DNA from: a virus | Lineage: Duplodnaviria; Caudoviricetes | Virus record (IMG/VR): IMGVR_UViG_3300024999_002465 | Location: 1 to 55,069 of that record | Length of the DNA: 55,069 nucleotides | Direction: 5' to 3' (one strand) | In this document: one piece after another, positions 36,856 through 48,229 of the stretch | Numbering within the stretch: the first letter of the stretch is position 1 | How the letters are laid out: each line of letters starts with the position of its first letter | Position numbers and translations under genes: made by a program | Notes under the pieces: model-generated | Database searches by the model: none | What the model saw: only the letters and a program-made list of their open reading frames with translations | What the model was told of the DNA's origin: nothing

Positions 36856-38040
36856 CTACATATGCAAATATTCATAAATTTGATTATTTACAATAATTAA
36901 TACCTCAATTCCTTTTATACCAATTAAGAAATTAGTATTTGGTAAAACTTTTATATCCCCATTGATTAACTTTCCATTACTAATAAAATAAAATTTCTCT
37001 CCATCATATCCAATTTCATAATTTAAATTTTCTACATCGAAAAATTCTACAATTATACCACTGTGAAAAGTTTCATCTGGAATATAATCAATAGTAAAAG
37101 TGAATAATTCTGGAATATCAACAATGAAGTCAACATAACTTGAAGTAAAATTAGTTCCAAAAAACTGATTAAGAAGAATAGTGGCATCTCCATATTCATC
37201 ATATGTACTAGTTTCGTCATATGTCGTGGATTCATCTAGCAGAGTTGTACTTTCCCATGATGGATATGACCCTATATCTAAATGCAAACCTTTATTATCA
37301 GGAATTAATAAATTGGGAACATATTCATTAACTCCTACAACTGATCCTGTTATTTGAATTGGTTTATTCCAATTAATTTCTACAGCAGATAATTCAGATA
37401 ATAAAGTAACTGTTGGAGTGATATTCATAGAAGGTTGAGAATAACTAATCGAAAAAGTATAAATAGAACTCGATGTAATTACTCCTACTTGACTTTCTAC
37501 AATAGTTTGCACATTTATTACTGCTCCATTAGCAAATCCATCAAATATATATCTTATATTGGAACTGTAGCTATATGGAGTTTGTAATAAAATATTATTA
37601 GATGAGTCTTTAAAAACCATATACCATCTTTTAATAGACATATATTGTGTTTGTGTATAAGTTGCTTGAAATTCATATGTTTTACTATTTATAATAGAAG
37701 GAATAACCATACTTACAATTGGTATTTCATAGCAATAAAAAGGTGTTTCTCTCGATATTGCAGAAATAGAATTTTGAAATGCTTCTAATGTCCATTTGTA
37801 TTGAATGCCATTTTGCAATTGATTTGCAGATACTGTAAAATTAAAAATATCATTTTGATATAATGGAATAGCAAGTTCAATTTTAGTAGAATCATAAATT
37901 AAAGTATTATCCAATTTATAAATTCTAAGCTGATAATTAGTGCAAACATCGCCTTGTATTGTCGCTGAAAATATGATTGGGGATTTTGCATCTACTGAGA
38001 TATTTTGTGGAGTAAGAAAATTAGGTTGGTAAATTGACAA
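36856..38040 (-). CDS. Tail protein with Fn3/Ig-like beta domains
   Basis: Immediately downstream of TMP; YQLRIY...IYDS, YKW. Confidence 0.6.
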   Translation of the reverse strand: MSIYQPNFLTPQNISVDAKSPIIFSATIQGDVCTNYQLRIYKLDNTLIYDSTKIELAIPLYQNDIFNFTVSANQLQNGIQYKWTLEAFQNSISAISRETPFYCYEIPIVSMVIPSIINSKTYEFQATYTQTQYMSIKRWYMVFKDSSNNILLQTPYSYSSNIRYIFDGFANGAVINVQTIVESQVGVITSSSIYTFSISYSQPSMNITPTVTLLSELSAVEINWNKPIQITGSVVGVNEYVPNLLIPDNKGLHLDIGSYPSWESTTLLDESTTYDETSTYDEYGDATILLNQFFGTNFTSSYVDFIVDIPELFTFTIDYIPDETFHSGIIVEFFDVENLNYEIGYDGEKFYFISNGKLINGDIKVLPNTNFLIGIKGIEVLIIVNNQIYEYLHM

Positions 38041-38096
38041 ACTTATTTCACTTCCTTTCTATAGGATATAAGGGTAAATATAAGGGAAAGAGAGAA

Positions 38097-41000
38097 TTAA
38101 TAATCCTCTCTTGTTGTCCTTGCTAAACTACTTAATCGAGATTTTAATGCTGAAACATCATTTGCAACAACTGTAAGATTTTCTATTTTAATTCCATAAT
38201 CATTGGTTGTGCTTCTTCCGTTGTTACCTGCAAATATTGGAGTATAATTAGGAATAGAAAAATTAATTGTCGGTAGACTTATATTCTTCAAATTATCCAT
38301 CATAGAAATCAAAGAAGGAAGATTTTTAACTAACTTATTAAATGAAAAAGTTTGCTCTGATGAAAGAATTCGTTCAGGCAAACCTGCCTTACCATCAACC
38401 CAAATTGGACCAGTTTTCGATACTTCTCCACCTGTAATATGAGGAGTTAGCGAAACTGTTATATTTGAATTTTGATTACTATTTGACCCTGATGAACTTC
38501 CAGTTAAACTATTAGATAATTCAGTTTCTCTGTCTAAAATAGCTTGATATTGAGCATTTAATGCAATTAATTTTTCTGATAAAATTTGTGCTGTTTTTTC
38601 TACATTTTCACCATATAATTTAAGCAATTTTTGTGCTTGTGTATCAAGATTTTTCCATTGATCATCAAATGCATTTTGTTCAGAAGTGATTATATCTTGT
38701 TCAAATTTTATATTATCATCTAATGCTTGTTTTTGATGATTTAAAGTGTTGGTTCTTTCCCAATCATTATAGCTTTCTTGTGCTGTTTTAAGATTATCTT
38801 TAGCGGTTTTGACATCATTAGGATTTGATTCCCAAGTCCAACCTTTATTAGCAGAATATACACGAGTATTTTTTTCAGATTCTACATTTGATAAAGCATC
38901 TTGAGCTTTTTTAAGCTCAGTAAGTTTTTTTGTCCTTTCAATTTCTTCATTTTGTAAATCTGCTTGAGTTTGTAGTTTATCAATTTCAGATTGATAACCA
39001 TCAATTTTTGTTTGATGTAAAAGTTTAAATGCTTTTAAATCTTCTTCAGCTAATGATTTTGAAGTGCTAATAATTTGAGTTGCTAGGTCTTGGGAGAGGT
39101 CTGTTAGGGATTGTTTGAGGGATTTAGATGATTCTGCATTTTCATCCATTGATTTCTTATTATCCATCCAAGCATTTCTCAATAATTGAAGAGATTTAAA
39201 TGTCTCATCCATGATTTTACGAGTTTCTTCACTGGATTTGTTCTTTTCATCTATAAAAGCAACAGATTCAGAATTATTATCACCTGTAAACCATCTTGAA
39301 GTATCACCAAATTGTGATGAAGATGATTGGAGGGCAGAATCTTTGAGTTGGTTTATTTTGTCTTTTGCAGAGGAGAGAAGAGATAATTCCTTTGCTTGGG
39401 AGGATATTAGGTCTGTTGTTAGGGAGAGTTGGGATTGGTAATCTTTTTGAGATTGTGCTTGGGAGAGGTCTTTTTGGATTGAGTCTGATTTAGCTTTTTG
39501 GAGAAGATGTTCGATGTTAATTTGGGCTAGGAGGGCAGAGGTTGTGGATTCGATTGAGGGAGTTTGATCTTTGTCTTTAGATGAACCAGATTCTTTTTTG
39601 TCTTTGTCTCCAATACCAGCAACAGAAGCAGGTTTCCAATTTAATACATCATTCATTTTACTAATAGAATCTGCTAATGAATTAGCTTCTTTTTTTGTCT
39701 CTGCAAAATTAGATTGAGCCATTCCTAAATCTTCAGCTATTCTCCAATTACCAGTGCTACCTGCATTATTGGAGCGCGAAGCCCATAAACTATTTAACAT
39801 ATCAATTTCTGCTTGATACATAGCCATATTTTTAACTGCTGTTTCGTAGGCACTCTGAGTAGATTTTGCATTTTCTATTAATTGTGTTCTAGACTGACCT
39901 AATGATTTTTCTGCAAGTTCTACTCTCTTTTTAGATTCTTCTTCTAATAGGGCAATAATTATTTTTCCATTCTTAGACTCTTCTGGAAACATTGCTAAAA
40001 GCATATTCTTTACTTCTGAATATCTTTTAGTTTGTTGCTCATTTTTATCTGTAATAGAGAGCAATTCTTTATATTCATTAACTAAGTCATTTGTGTTGTT
40101 AGCAACATCTAAACTTGTTTGAGATAGTTTAATTTGTTGTGCTTGAAATTCAGTAGAATTTTTCTTTGCTTTTTCAGTAGAATCAGCAAGTTCTTTCTGT
40201 TTTTTTGTAATTTCTGACAGCAATGCATCATATGTTTTAAATGCTCCAATATCAATACGTAGATTAGCCGCAAGATCAATAACTTCATCAGGAATATTTT
40301 TTTTCTGTAATGATACTTGCATAGTTCTAGGATCAACTGTTTTTACTATCTTTTTTGACTCTGCTTCTTTTGATTTTAATATTGCTTCAGTCAACTCATC
40401 ATATCTTTTAATCTGAGCTTCAATATCATTAATATTTTGAAGAGTTGGAGCACCAACTTTATTTATTGATTCGGCTAAAGCATTAAAATTTCTTGTTGAG
40501 TCATTCAATGTCTTATTTAATTTTTCTTGCTCTTCCCTTACTTGTTTTGCATGTCCAAAATATGAAACAATACCAACTATTGTAGCAAAAACAACTGTTC
40601 CAAATATTATCCATGGATTAGTAAGTGTTGCAATAGTGAAGGCTTTTAATGCCACTGTGGCTGCATTAAGCGCAGGAATTAAACTCAATGTTTTTAACAA
40701 CAATCCACCCATTGTTACTACAAGAGCAGTAATTGCAATTGTTCCCCCAGCACCCATATTTGATAATTCTGTCAACCCATTAATAAGTAAAGTTGTCCCT
40801 GATAAAACTCCATACATTACAAATTTTAATCCGCTTTCTCCTAACACATATGAAAGTTCTTGGCCTGCTGACTTCACTTTATTAATCTGACTTTCTAAAC
40901 TGCCCAAATGCTTTCTATTTTCCTCAAGGGCTGAAAATAAAGACCTCTGTGATGTTGTCGTGGCATCTGTAACTATTTGCCAATTATCCATGAGGGCCAA

Positions 41001-41367
41001 AAACCGTGTTAAATGGTATCTTGAGCCAATTGTAAGTCCTATTTGCTGTTTCTGTTCACTGGAAAGTGTCTTGAATTTAACCGCCAATTCTCCCCAGATT
41101 TGATTGACATCTCTTACATTTCCTGAAATATCTTTTATTGCAATTCCTACTCCAGCTAATGCTTTCTCTGAATCTGTCGAAAATGTTCGAGAAATAGTAG
41201 TTTTTAGCGAATTTCCAATGACATTTCCACTCTCTTTTGTGGCGGTTTGGATTGCTGTGGTATAGCCAATGACATCATCGAGCGTTGCCCCATAAATCTG
41301 CGCCGATTCTCCAGCTTTCGACAAACTTTGCGCTAGTCCCTGACTTGTAACTGCGAAATTATTATCA
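38097..41367 (-). CDS. Tail tape measure protein, exon 2
   Basis: Resumes (T)GAT = DNNFAVTSQGLAQSLSKAG, then ESGNVIGNSLKT; TM segments and long coiled coils. Spliced product 1656 aa. Confidence 0.9.
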
Positions 41368-41708
41368 CATTCTGTTACTTTCCCTTTATTTAAAGGTACT
41401 GACCACTATATTGTTATAATGGCGAATAGAAATTTCTTTCTATTTCTCTATGATTTCCATAGAAGTTCAGACTATCCCTTATGGTTTAATTTATAAAACC
41501 ACTTCTATTATAGTCGTTGAACGTCCCTCTGTTCTAGAGGTTTCGATGCGTTTGATTACCCAATACTCAATGATATTACCATACCGAGTCCGTTACTACT
41601 CGCCACCATCATATCCCTACAACGGCTTGGTTATTGAGTCTCTAAGGATTTCCCCGCAATTTAAGAATTTTTACTAATACGTCACCATATTAGGAGGCTA
41701 ATTTTCTA
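41368..41708 (-). ncRNA. ORF-less group I intron (341 nt) in tape measure gene
   Basis: P1 GAGGU/GCCUC with U.G at the 5' splice site; P AAAUUGCGGGGAA; R GUUCAACGACUAUAA; S AAGGGAUAGUCU; terminal G. Excision restores NKINEV-DNNFAV. Confidence 0.92.
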
Positions 41709-43408
41709 ACCTCATTGATTTTATTTACTATTGAAACAGAGTCTTCTGCAACAACATTAAATTGTGCCATAGTCGCAGTTAAATACTGAGCCATTTCAGC
41801 AGTTTTTAAACCTGTTACATTCGCTCCCAAAAGTGCCGTATTCGCCATATCAGTTGCTTGAGCTGCCTCAAAACCTTGTTTTCCAAATTCAACAACTGCC
41901 AATTGCGTCTCAGTTATAGTTCTTCCATATGCATTGGCAGATTTTGCAAGGCTGTTCATTAGAACACCATAATCTGTATTAGATGACATTACTTTGGACA
42001 TCTCGACCAATTGTGTATTTATAGAAATAATTGCCTGTGGAATTTGCTGAAGAACATTTAATAATCCGTACATTCCTCCCATGACAACAGACCACACCAT
42101 AGCCTTGGTTGCGGCTGTACTCATGGCCTCTCCCAAACCCCAACTTCTAGTCATTCCATCTCGTAAAGCTTCATTAAATTGATACATTTGACCAGTTGCC
42201 CTATCAATATAAACGCCTAAATTTAAATGTTGACTTCCATTTCTTAATTGCTGTGTTACTCTTATGTATTGTTCTGTTTGTTGAATGTTAGAAGCAATTA
42301 ATCTATGACCTTCCAACAAAGAAGTATTATAATATTGTTGTGCATGGGTAGCATTTGTTATTGCAGGATTTAAACGTGTAAATTGATCATATTGAGTAAA
42401 GTTAAAACCACGAGAATCATTTTGTCCTTGCCTTACAGTTTCATAAAATCTTCTGATTCTATTTTCAAGATTTTGTAACTGTGTTAATTGCTCTGGTCTT
42501 ATACTAATGCCTATTTCATTATTAGCCTGAAATTGCCTAATAATATTTCTATATCTCTCTAATTGATGTTCTAATACTCTAGAACTTTCAGGTGTTAAAG
42601 TATTACTTATACTGTTTCCTAAACCTAAAGAAGATTGCATTCTAGTATTTAACAATCTAGACTGTTGTTGCAAAGACCTTTCAGTTTGATTGAATAATCC
42701 TGCATACAATTGTTGTTGTCTTTGAATGTTTCTTTCAGCAGTCTCTTGTTGCTTTAATTGTTCTTTAGCTAACCTTTCTTCTGCTTTTTTTACGTTGTCA
42801 ATTTCTCTAGCCAATTGTGTCAATATCGTAATTTGATTTCTAATCTCTTGAACATTTGACTTAGATATATTTGACATATCCAATTCTTTTATTTTTTGAG
42901 ATAACTGCTGAACTTCAGTTGCCAATGCAGGATTTAATTTAAATGGTTCTAATGACTGTTGCATTTTGCTTTTAGAAGCATTTAAAGCATCTACTGCTTC
43001 CCGTTGCTTTTTATAATTTGTGGCTTCTTCATTAATGCTTCTTGCCCCAGTTTTAGCATTAATAATTTCAGTAACTTTGATTAATTTACCAAAAGCATTT
43101 TCCAATTCTTTAACTTCTTTTATCTCAGTTAATATCCCATTATGTTTAGTTTCAGAATTAGATACTTTATTAACATTTTCCATGGTTCTTCCTAATGTTT
43201 GCATAGAAGAATTAAGATTGTTAACCTGATTAATAGAAGGAGCAATTGCTTTACTTATTTGATCTAATCCTTTTAATGATGCAGTATCAAAAGCAATATT
43301 TAATTTTTTAGTATCAACATATTCTTGTAACTTTTTAATAGCATTGTCAATATTGTGCTGACTGCTTGCATAATTAACCTGTATGACTAATCCTAAATTA
43401 TCAGCCAA
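41709..43408 (-). CDS. Tail tape measure protein, exon 1
   Basis: TTG start after GAGGTGAGGTG; TMP core (FGKQGF, ALLGANV, YLTA...QFN, IVNKINE). Confidence 0.9.
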
Positions 43409-43509
43409 TTAATTTCACCTCACCTCTCTTTGGTAAATAAAAAACTTGATTTAATATTCTAAAAATTATATAATATCAATATAATGGTAAAAAGGAGTGT
43501 TAAATAATA

Positions 43510-43977
43510 ATGGAAATATTCTTTATAATTGGTTCTATCTTATTCTTTTATTGGTTATTCCTCATATATCGAATACAAAAAGGCATAGTTAAATCAATAT
43601 CGTTTAAACATATTGAAGGCATAAATAGATTAGCAAAAGGAATAGATGTAAAAATATCCTTTAATAAGGAAACAATTAAGATTGATGATATTACTATACC
43701 GATTTCTAAAATTGATAGATTAGAAACAATTTCTTCTAAGCAATTAGTAGATAAAAATGGAAATGTTGTTGGTGGTGCGATCTTGGGTGGATTATTAGCT
43801 GGTGGCGTAGGAGCTATTGTGGGTGGACTTAGTGGAGTTGGAAACGGAAAAGTAACTCAATTGGTTCACTATTTAACTATATTTTTCAAAGACAATAGTT
43901 CCGCTGTATTTTCATTTAATGGTTATAGTAACAAATTTGGATTAAAAAATGCTTTTAAACGTATTAATATGATGTAA
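43510..43977 (+). CDS. Moron-like membrane protein, opposite to tail operon
   Basis: N-terminal TM, glycine zipper VVGGAILGGLLAGGVGAIVGG; own RBS and terminator. Confidence 0.75.
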   Translation: MEIFFIIGSILFFYWLFLIYRIQKGIVKSISFKHIEGINRLAKGIDVKISFNKETIKIDDITIPISKIDRLETISSKQLVDKNGNVVGGAILGGLLAGGVGAIVGGLSGVGNGKVTQLVHYLTIFFKDNSSAVFSFNGYSNKFGLKNAFKRINMM

Positions 43978-43986
43978 CGCAAACAT

Positions 43987-44019
43987 GTAAGAGACACTTT
44001 AATTAGTGTCTCTTTTACA
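43987..44019. terminator. Terminator between convergent genes
   Basis: AAGAGACACT / AGTGTCTCTT plus T-tract. Confidence 0.75.
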
Positions 44020-44046
44020 TTACATACTTATCATCTATACCTATTA

Positions 44047-45114
44047 CTATATATTTATAACTTTCTTTTCTCTAACTTGATGAGTTTTTCCAAAATCAAA
44101 TTTAAAAGTACCTAAACTGTTTATAATAGTATTGGTATCAATATTAAAATTTATCCAACTATGATTATCGGATAGGTAATTCTTGGCATATCCAATTATA
44201 TCAATTATTTTATCATCTTGTGGTATATAATCTAATTTTGATATTATTCTTATCTGCCTCCAACCTAAAGACTTTAAAACATAATTCCTTACTATTTCTT
44301 TTTGATTAAACTCTTTCTCAGTGAGTTGTCCTCTTACAACCCTTAAATCATGGCCACTCCCATCATACTCTATGTAAATTTTTTCATCTAAGAATACAAT
44401 ATCTAAAGATAAATTACCTATCGGATAATTTAATTCTCCATTTATTAGACTACAAATATATCTTTGGGGATATGAACTAACGCCTGTTTTATTTTTATAT
44501 AAACTCATTTTTATTTTTTCTTTAATGATTGGGGATTTCAATACATTATCATATCCGTATCGTTTAAGATTTGTTACTTTTATTTTGTTTTTAACATCTT
44601 CTAACTGAAAAACACATTCCACACCATATCTATCCATGCAAGTTTGTTTAGATTTTTCTTGCACTTCTTTAGATTGAAATGTATATTCTACTCCCAATCT
44701 ATCTAAATTAGTTTGTTTAACTTTATTCATTATAGTTTCACTTTTACATGGACTATCTACTCCATATCTTTCAAGATTAGTTTGTTTAGATTTTTCTTGC
44801 ACAGAATCTAATTGCATTGGATGTATGACTCCATGCACTATTAAATTACATTCTTTTACTTTTATTTGTGTACATTGTTTACAACAATCTTTTTCAACGA
44901 TTTTTCTTCCATCTAGATATTTCTTATATGATTTTGATATCACTTTATCACAATAATCACATTGAACATCAACTTTTGTTTTTGTATTAGGGTATAAATC
45001 CTCAACCTTAACTTCAAATTCATCATTAACTTTAGTAAAAATATATCCTAATTCTTTATAATGGGTACAAGTTGAACGATTCCATTTAATTAATACTGTT
45101 TTTGTTAACAACAT
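44047..45114 (-). CDS. Homing-endonuclease-like protein with KxTxxxRYGV repeats and PD-(D/E)xK/Vsr-like domain
   Basis: Repeated K.KQT.L.RYGV units; LDI....IYIEYDGSGH. Confidence 0.75.
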   Translation of the reverse strand: MLLTKTVLIKWNRSTCTHYKELGYIFTKVNDEFEVKVEDLYPNTKTKVDVQCDYCDKVISKSYKKYLDGRKIVEKDCCKQCTQIKVKECNLIVHGVIHPMQLDSVQEKSKQTNLERYGVDSPCKSETIMNKVKQTNLDRLGVEYTFQSKEVQEKSKQTCMDRYGVECVFQLEDVKNKIKVTNLKRYGYDNVLKSPIIKEKIKMSLYKNKTGVSSYPQRYICSLINGELNYPIGNLSLDIVFLDEKIYIEYDGSGHDLRVVRGQLTEKEFNQKEIVRNYVLKSLGWRQIRIISKLDYIPQDDKIIDIIGYAKNYLSDNHSWINFNIDTNTIINSLGTFKFDFGKTHQVREKKVINI

Positions 45115-45125
45115 AAAATATTCAC

Positions 45126-45220
45126 ACCTTTCCTTAACCTTTCAACAACAATATAAAAAGAAGTAGGTTGCCCGAAAGGTAAGGGCTTTCGTGTATTGAT
45201 CAGATACACTACCTACTTCT
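45126..45220 (-). ncRNA. 3-way-junction leader element, copy A
   Basis: AGAAGUAGGU/ACCUACUUCU, GUGUAU/AUACAC (loop CUGAUCA), GCCC/GGGC (loop UUACCUUUC, complementary to two downstream GAAAGGU). Confidence 0.65.
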
Positions 45221-45244
45221 ATAAATTAACTTTCGATTATTAAA

Positions 45245-45766
45245 TTAATAAGCTTTTCTATTTCTAGAAGCTGTTACAGTTATAATTGCAGTTATCAACA
45301 TTTGTTGCAATTCTTGCTCTATTTTTTTTATAGCAATATTCAAAAAATCTCTTTTTGGATAGTCATGATACATATCATGAGTCCCTTCATATCCTTTTTG
45401 TGTATGTCCGTCATCAGTTAATACCGGAACATAAACTGGCATCCCATAAGGACTATTTGCTATATGATTCATCTTTTCTGGGTCGCAAAATACTCTGATT
45501 TCAAATGAATTTGTATTTAATTTATAACTACTTGTAACGCTGTTTAAAAGTTGATACGTTCTTTCGTACTCAACAGGGGTATAAGTGGCATAAACATTAT
45601 CCCATATTGCTTCATATAATCTTTGCTCTCCAATACCTCTGATATAATCAACTTTCTTCTTGAACTCTGCACTTGACATAAGATTATGCAAACTCATTTG
45701 TTTTACTTGCATATTATCACTCTTCTGCTTCTGTATTAATAGATTGTTCTTCATTAGAATTTTCAT
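45245..45766 (-). CDS. Putative tail-completion-type protein (true start probably downstream, MQVKQ)
   Basis: VY..YTP.EYERT..L..S, PKRDFL; tail context. Confidence 0.55.
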   Translation of the reverse strand: MKILMKNNLLIQKQKSDNMQVKQMSLHNLMSSAEFKKKVDYIRGIGEQRLYEAIWDNVYATYTPVEYERTYQLLNSVTSSYKLNTNSFEIRVFCDPEKMNHIANSPYGMPVYVPVLTDDGHTQKGYEGTHDMYHDYPKRDFLNIAIKKIEQELQQMLITAIITVTASRNRKAY

Positions 45767-46214
45767 CTATATTATCATTACCCAACATTTTATTCATTAA
45801 TGGAATATTATCAGTCATTGTTTTAATCATAGAATTCACTCTCTCTACTTCTTCTTGCGGCAATGCCCCTACTATATGATCAAAAACCTCAATATCCATA
45901 AGTGTTTCTGTTCCTGATATTAATTCTACAATATCATCTGAAAGAGGAACATTTGAAAAGTATTTTACCAATAATGCAGGAAATAGAAATGCAGTATTTC
46001 TAACTAATTCTAAATCAGTAACTATTGCTTGCAATTCTTCCTTGAGAGCAAAATAATCTACAATCATTTTTTGAATTTCTGTTTTCTTAAAATATTTATT
46101 TATTTCTATTGTGTAATAATCTGAAAAACGATCTGTAACTGTTAGGGATACCCTTTCATTGAATTTAGTAGAGATTTTAGATATATTTTGTTGATTTAAT
46201 TTTTTAATTGTCAT
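45717..46214 (-). CDS. Putative tail assembly chaperone
   Basis: Position upstream of TMP; helical, acidic tail. Confidence 0.45.
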   Translation of the reverse strand: MTIKKLNQQNISKISTKFNERVSLTVTDRFSDYYTIEINKYFKKTEIQKMIVDYFALKEELQAIVTDLELVRNTAFLFPALLVKYFSNVPLSDDIVELISGTETLMDIEVFDHIVGALPQEEVERVNSMIKTMTDNIPLMNKMLGNDNIDENSNEEQSINTEAEE

Positions 46215-46236
46215 TTTATTTTCCTTCTTTCAATTA

Positions 46237-48093
46237 TTATTTATTAGATAGATTTAATTCTTTAATACGCTGTTCTCTTTGGATATCTAATATTATATTA
46301 TCTTTTAATTGAAATCCAACTCTTTTTTGATATTCATGTTGACATTTTTGGTCACAGAAAAATCTTTTATTGGTAATGTATTTATCTTGAATAACCGATA
46401 TTTCTTCATTGCAGTTATTACAATAAACTATAAACCTTTTTATTTGTGCCTTACCACTACATTCTGTACTACAATAGTGGTGTTCACTTGTATTATATTT
46501 GCCTGTTAATTGTTCTGTTTCAATCCCACAGTATTCACAGTTAAATATAGTCCATTTATCCAACTGTTTATGACTCATTTTTTCTTTTGTTGATGTATCA
46601 ATTATTTTATGTAATTCCTCAATATCCCATGCCATATAAGGCTTAAAAACAACATCGTTTAATTCTAATACGTTTTCGCTATTCAGTTTATAATTAAATG
46701 AGTGGTAGTTATCTAATTTACCATTGTTTTTAACATATAGATTAATCAATTGCTCACACAATAAGGTATTATTATTTATTTCTTCTTCCCATAAATATAA
46801 TACTTCAACATTATGATTATTTCTTAAATATGAATGCTTAATCTTATCCATTCTTATTCTATTAACCTGACGTTCGTATATTATTTGTGGATATTTTCTA
46901 TGGTCGCAATGATAAAATGTTCCCATATTTTCAATCATTAATCCACTATCAATCAGATAATTATCTAATGCTACTTTACCGAAAACCTTTTCTGATTTAT
47001 TGTTTATATTTAACTTACTAAGTAAATCGTTAATAATTATTTGTATACCAGTTACCCTTTGATTAAAAACATCATCTTCTAGCATTTTTACTGCTCTAAT
47101 CGCTGCATTATTTTTAAAATCTTCTGTCTGTGAATATTCTTTTGCAAACCAATCTTGCCTACATTTATCAGAACAAAATCTCCTTCCATTCTCAATTTGA
47201 TATGGTTTTGCTTGATGTTCTAACCCACACCATTCACATACTACTGTTCTATCTTCAATAGACCATTCGTGATTATACCCATTGGCATTTTCACCTGATA
47301 AATTTATAGATTGCCATTTGCCTTGGCATTGAATTGAACACATTATTTGAGGACTTGATTTAAGACATTCAAATTCTTCTTTACATATTTCACATTTTCT
47401 AAACTCCCAATTCTGACTATGTTTATATTCTAATTCACACTCTAAAGAGCAAAAACTATTATCTGATCTTTCTGATTGTTGATGTCTTGTATATTCTTTA
47501 CTACAATTTGTGCATACTTTATTCTCATATTTAGGAGTTACATAATAATAATATTCGCTTTTACATTCTTGACAACAAAATTTTTGATCTGGAACATTGT
47601 TTATAATGTTAAATTCTTTATGACAATTAATACAATCTCTTTGACCAATTATTATTTTTGGAATAGGATTTTCTTTCGTCCAATTATTGTGACATTCTTT
47701 GGTGCAAAAATGAATCTCGCTCCTAATCATACGAGCAGGAGTAGTTTCATAATTATTTTTACAACTTTCGCAATTTAATATTACAGGAAGTTTAGTTTGT
47801 GCATTTAATTTTAGAATTTCTTTTATTCTAAAACAAACATCATATAAAGATTTATTTATATTATTTGAAATATCATTAATATTACCTTTTTTATTTAATA
47901 AATAGTCAATTATATTTATATCATCTTCTAAGTTCCATTCTGCATCGTCATATTTAATTGCTCTAGTTTCAAACCAAACACATACTTTACATTTTGTAGC
48001 ATAATGTCCACTACCCTTTGAATGAAACTCGCCAACTGATTTCTCTTTACCACAAATCTTACAAACCTTTGTCTTATTTTCTTCCACTAACAT
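46237..48093 (-). CDS. Multi-zinc-finger (CxxC...FCS..C repeats) protein with Vsr-like nuclease domain
   Basis: About 8 C..C...F/YC...C repeats; LDNY...IENMGTFYH.D, LYLWEEEI. Start ATG 48093 after AAGGAG. Confidence 0.75.
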   Translation of the reverse strand: MLVEENKTKVCKICGKEKSVGEFHSKGSGHYATKCKVCVWFETRAIKYDDAEWNLEDDINIIDYLLNKKGNINDISNNINKSLYDVCFRIKEILKLNAQTKLPVILNCESCKNNYETTPARMIRSEIHFCTKECHNNWTKENPIPKIIIGQRDCINCHKEFNIINNVPDQKFCCQECKSEYYYYVTPKYENKVCTNCSKEYTRHQQSERSDNSFCSLECELEYKHSQNWEFRKCEICKEEFECLKSSPQIMCSIQCQGKWQSINLSGENANGYNHEWSIEDRTVVCEWCGLEHQAKPYQIENGRRFCSDKCRQDWFAKEYSQTEDFKNNAAIRAVKMLEDDVFNQRVTGIQIIINDLLSKLNINNKSEKVFGKVALDNYLIDSGLMIENMGTFYHCDHRKYPQIIYERQVNRIRMDKIKHSYLRNNHNVEVLYLWEEEINNNTLLCEQLINLYVKNNGKLDNYHSFNYKLNSENVLELNDVVFKPYMAWDIEELHKIIDTSTKEKMSHKQLDKWTIFNCEYCGIETEQLTGKYNTSEHHYCSTECSGKAQIKRFIVYCNNCNEEISVIQDKYITNKRFFCDQKCQHEYQKRVGFQLKDNIILDIQREQRIKELNLSNK

Positions 48094-48099
48094 TAACAA

Positions 48100-48229
48100 C
48101 ACACTCCTTCTAATTAATTATTTTTTCTTCCTACCAACCACACACTCCAAACCAAAACATTATAAAAAGGCAACAAAAAAGAAGGGAGGAGTGTATCCCT
48201 TCTACGACTCGCGACTGTCGATGTTGCCT
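48100..48229 (-). ncRNA. 3-way-junction leader element, copy B
   Basis: AGGCAACA/UGUUGCCU, CGAC/GUCG (loop AGUCGCGA), AGAAGGGA/UCCCUUCU (loop UACACUCC, complementary to two downstream GGAGUGUG). Confidence 0.65.

Noticed and set aside
38097-41324. Independent 1075-aa gene starting at TTG 41324
   Set aside because: No RBS; the frame extends to the intron 3' splice site, so it is TMP exon 2
41450-41677. 75-aa plus-strand ORF
   Set aside because: Antisense to the group I intron core; no RBS or recognisable motif
45175-45210. Hammerhead ribozyme (CUGA...GAAA present)
   Set aside because: CUGAUCA lies in a hairpin loop rather than the junction, and the core topology does not fit
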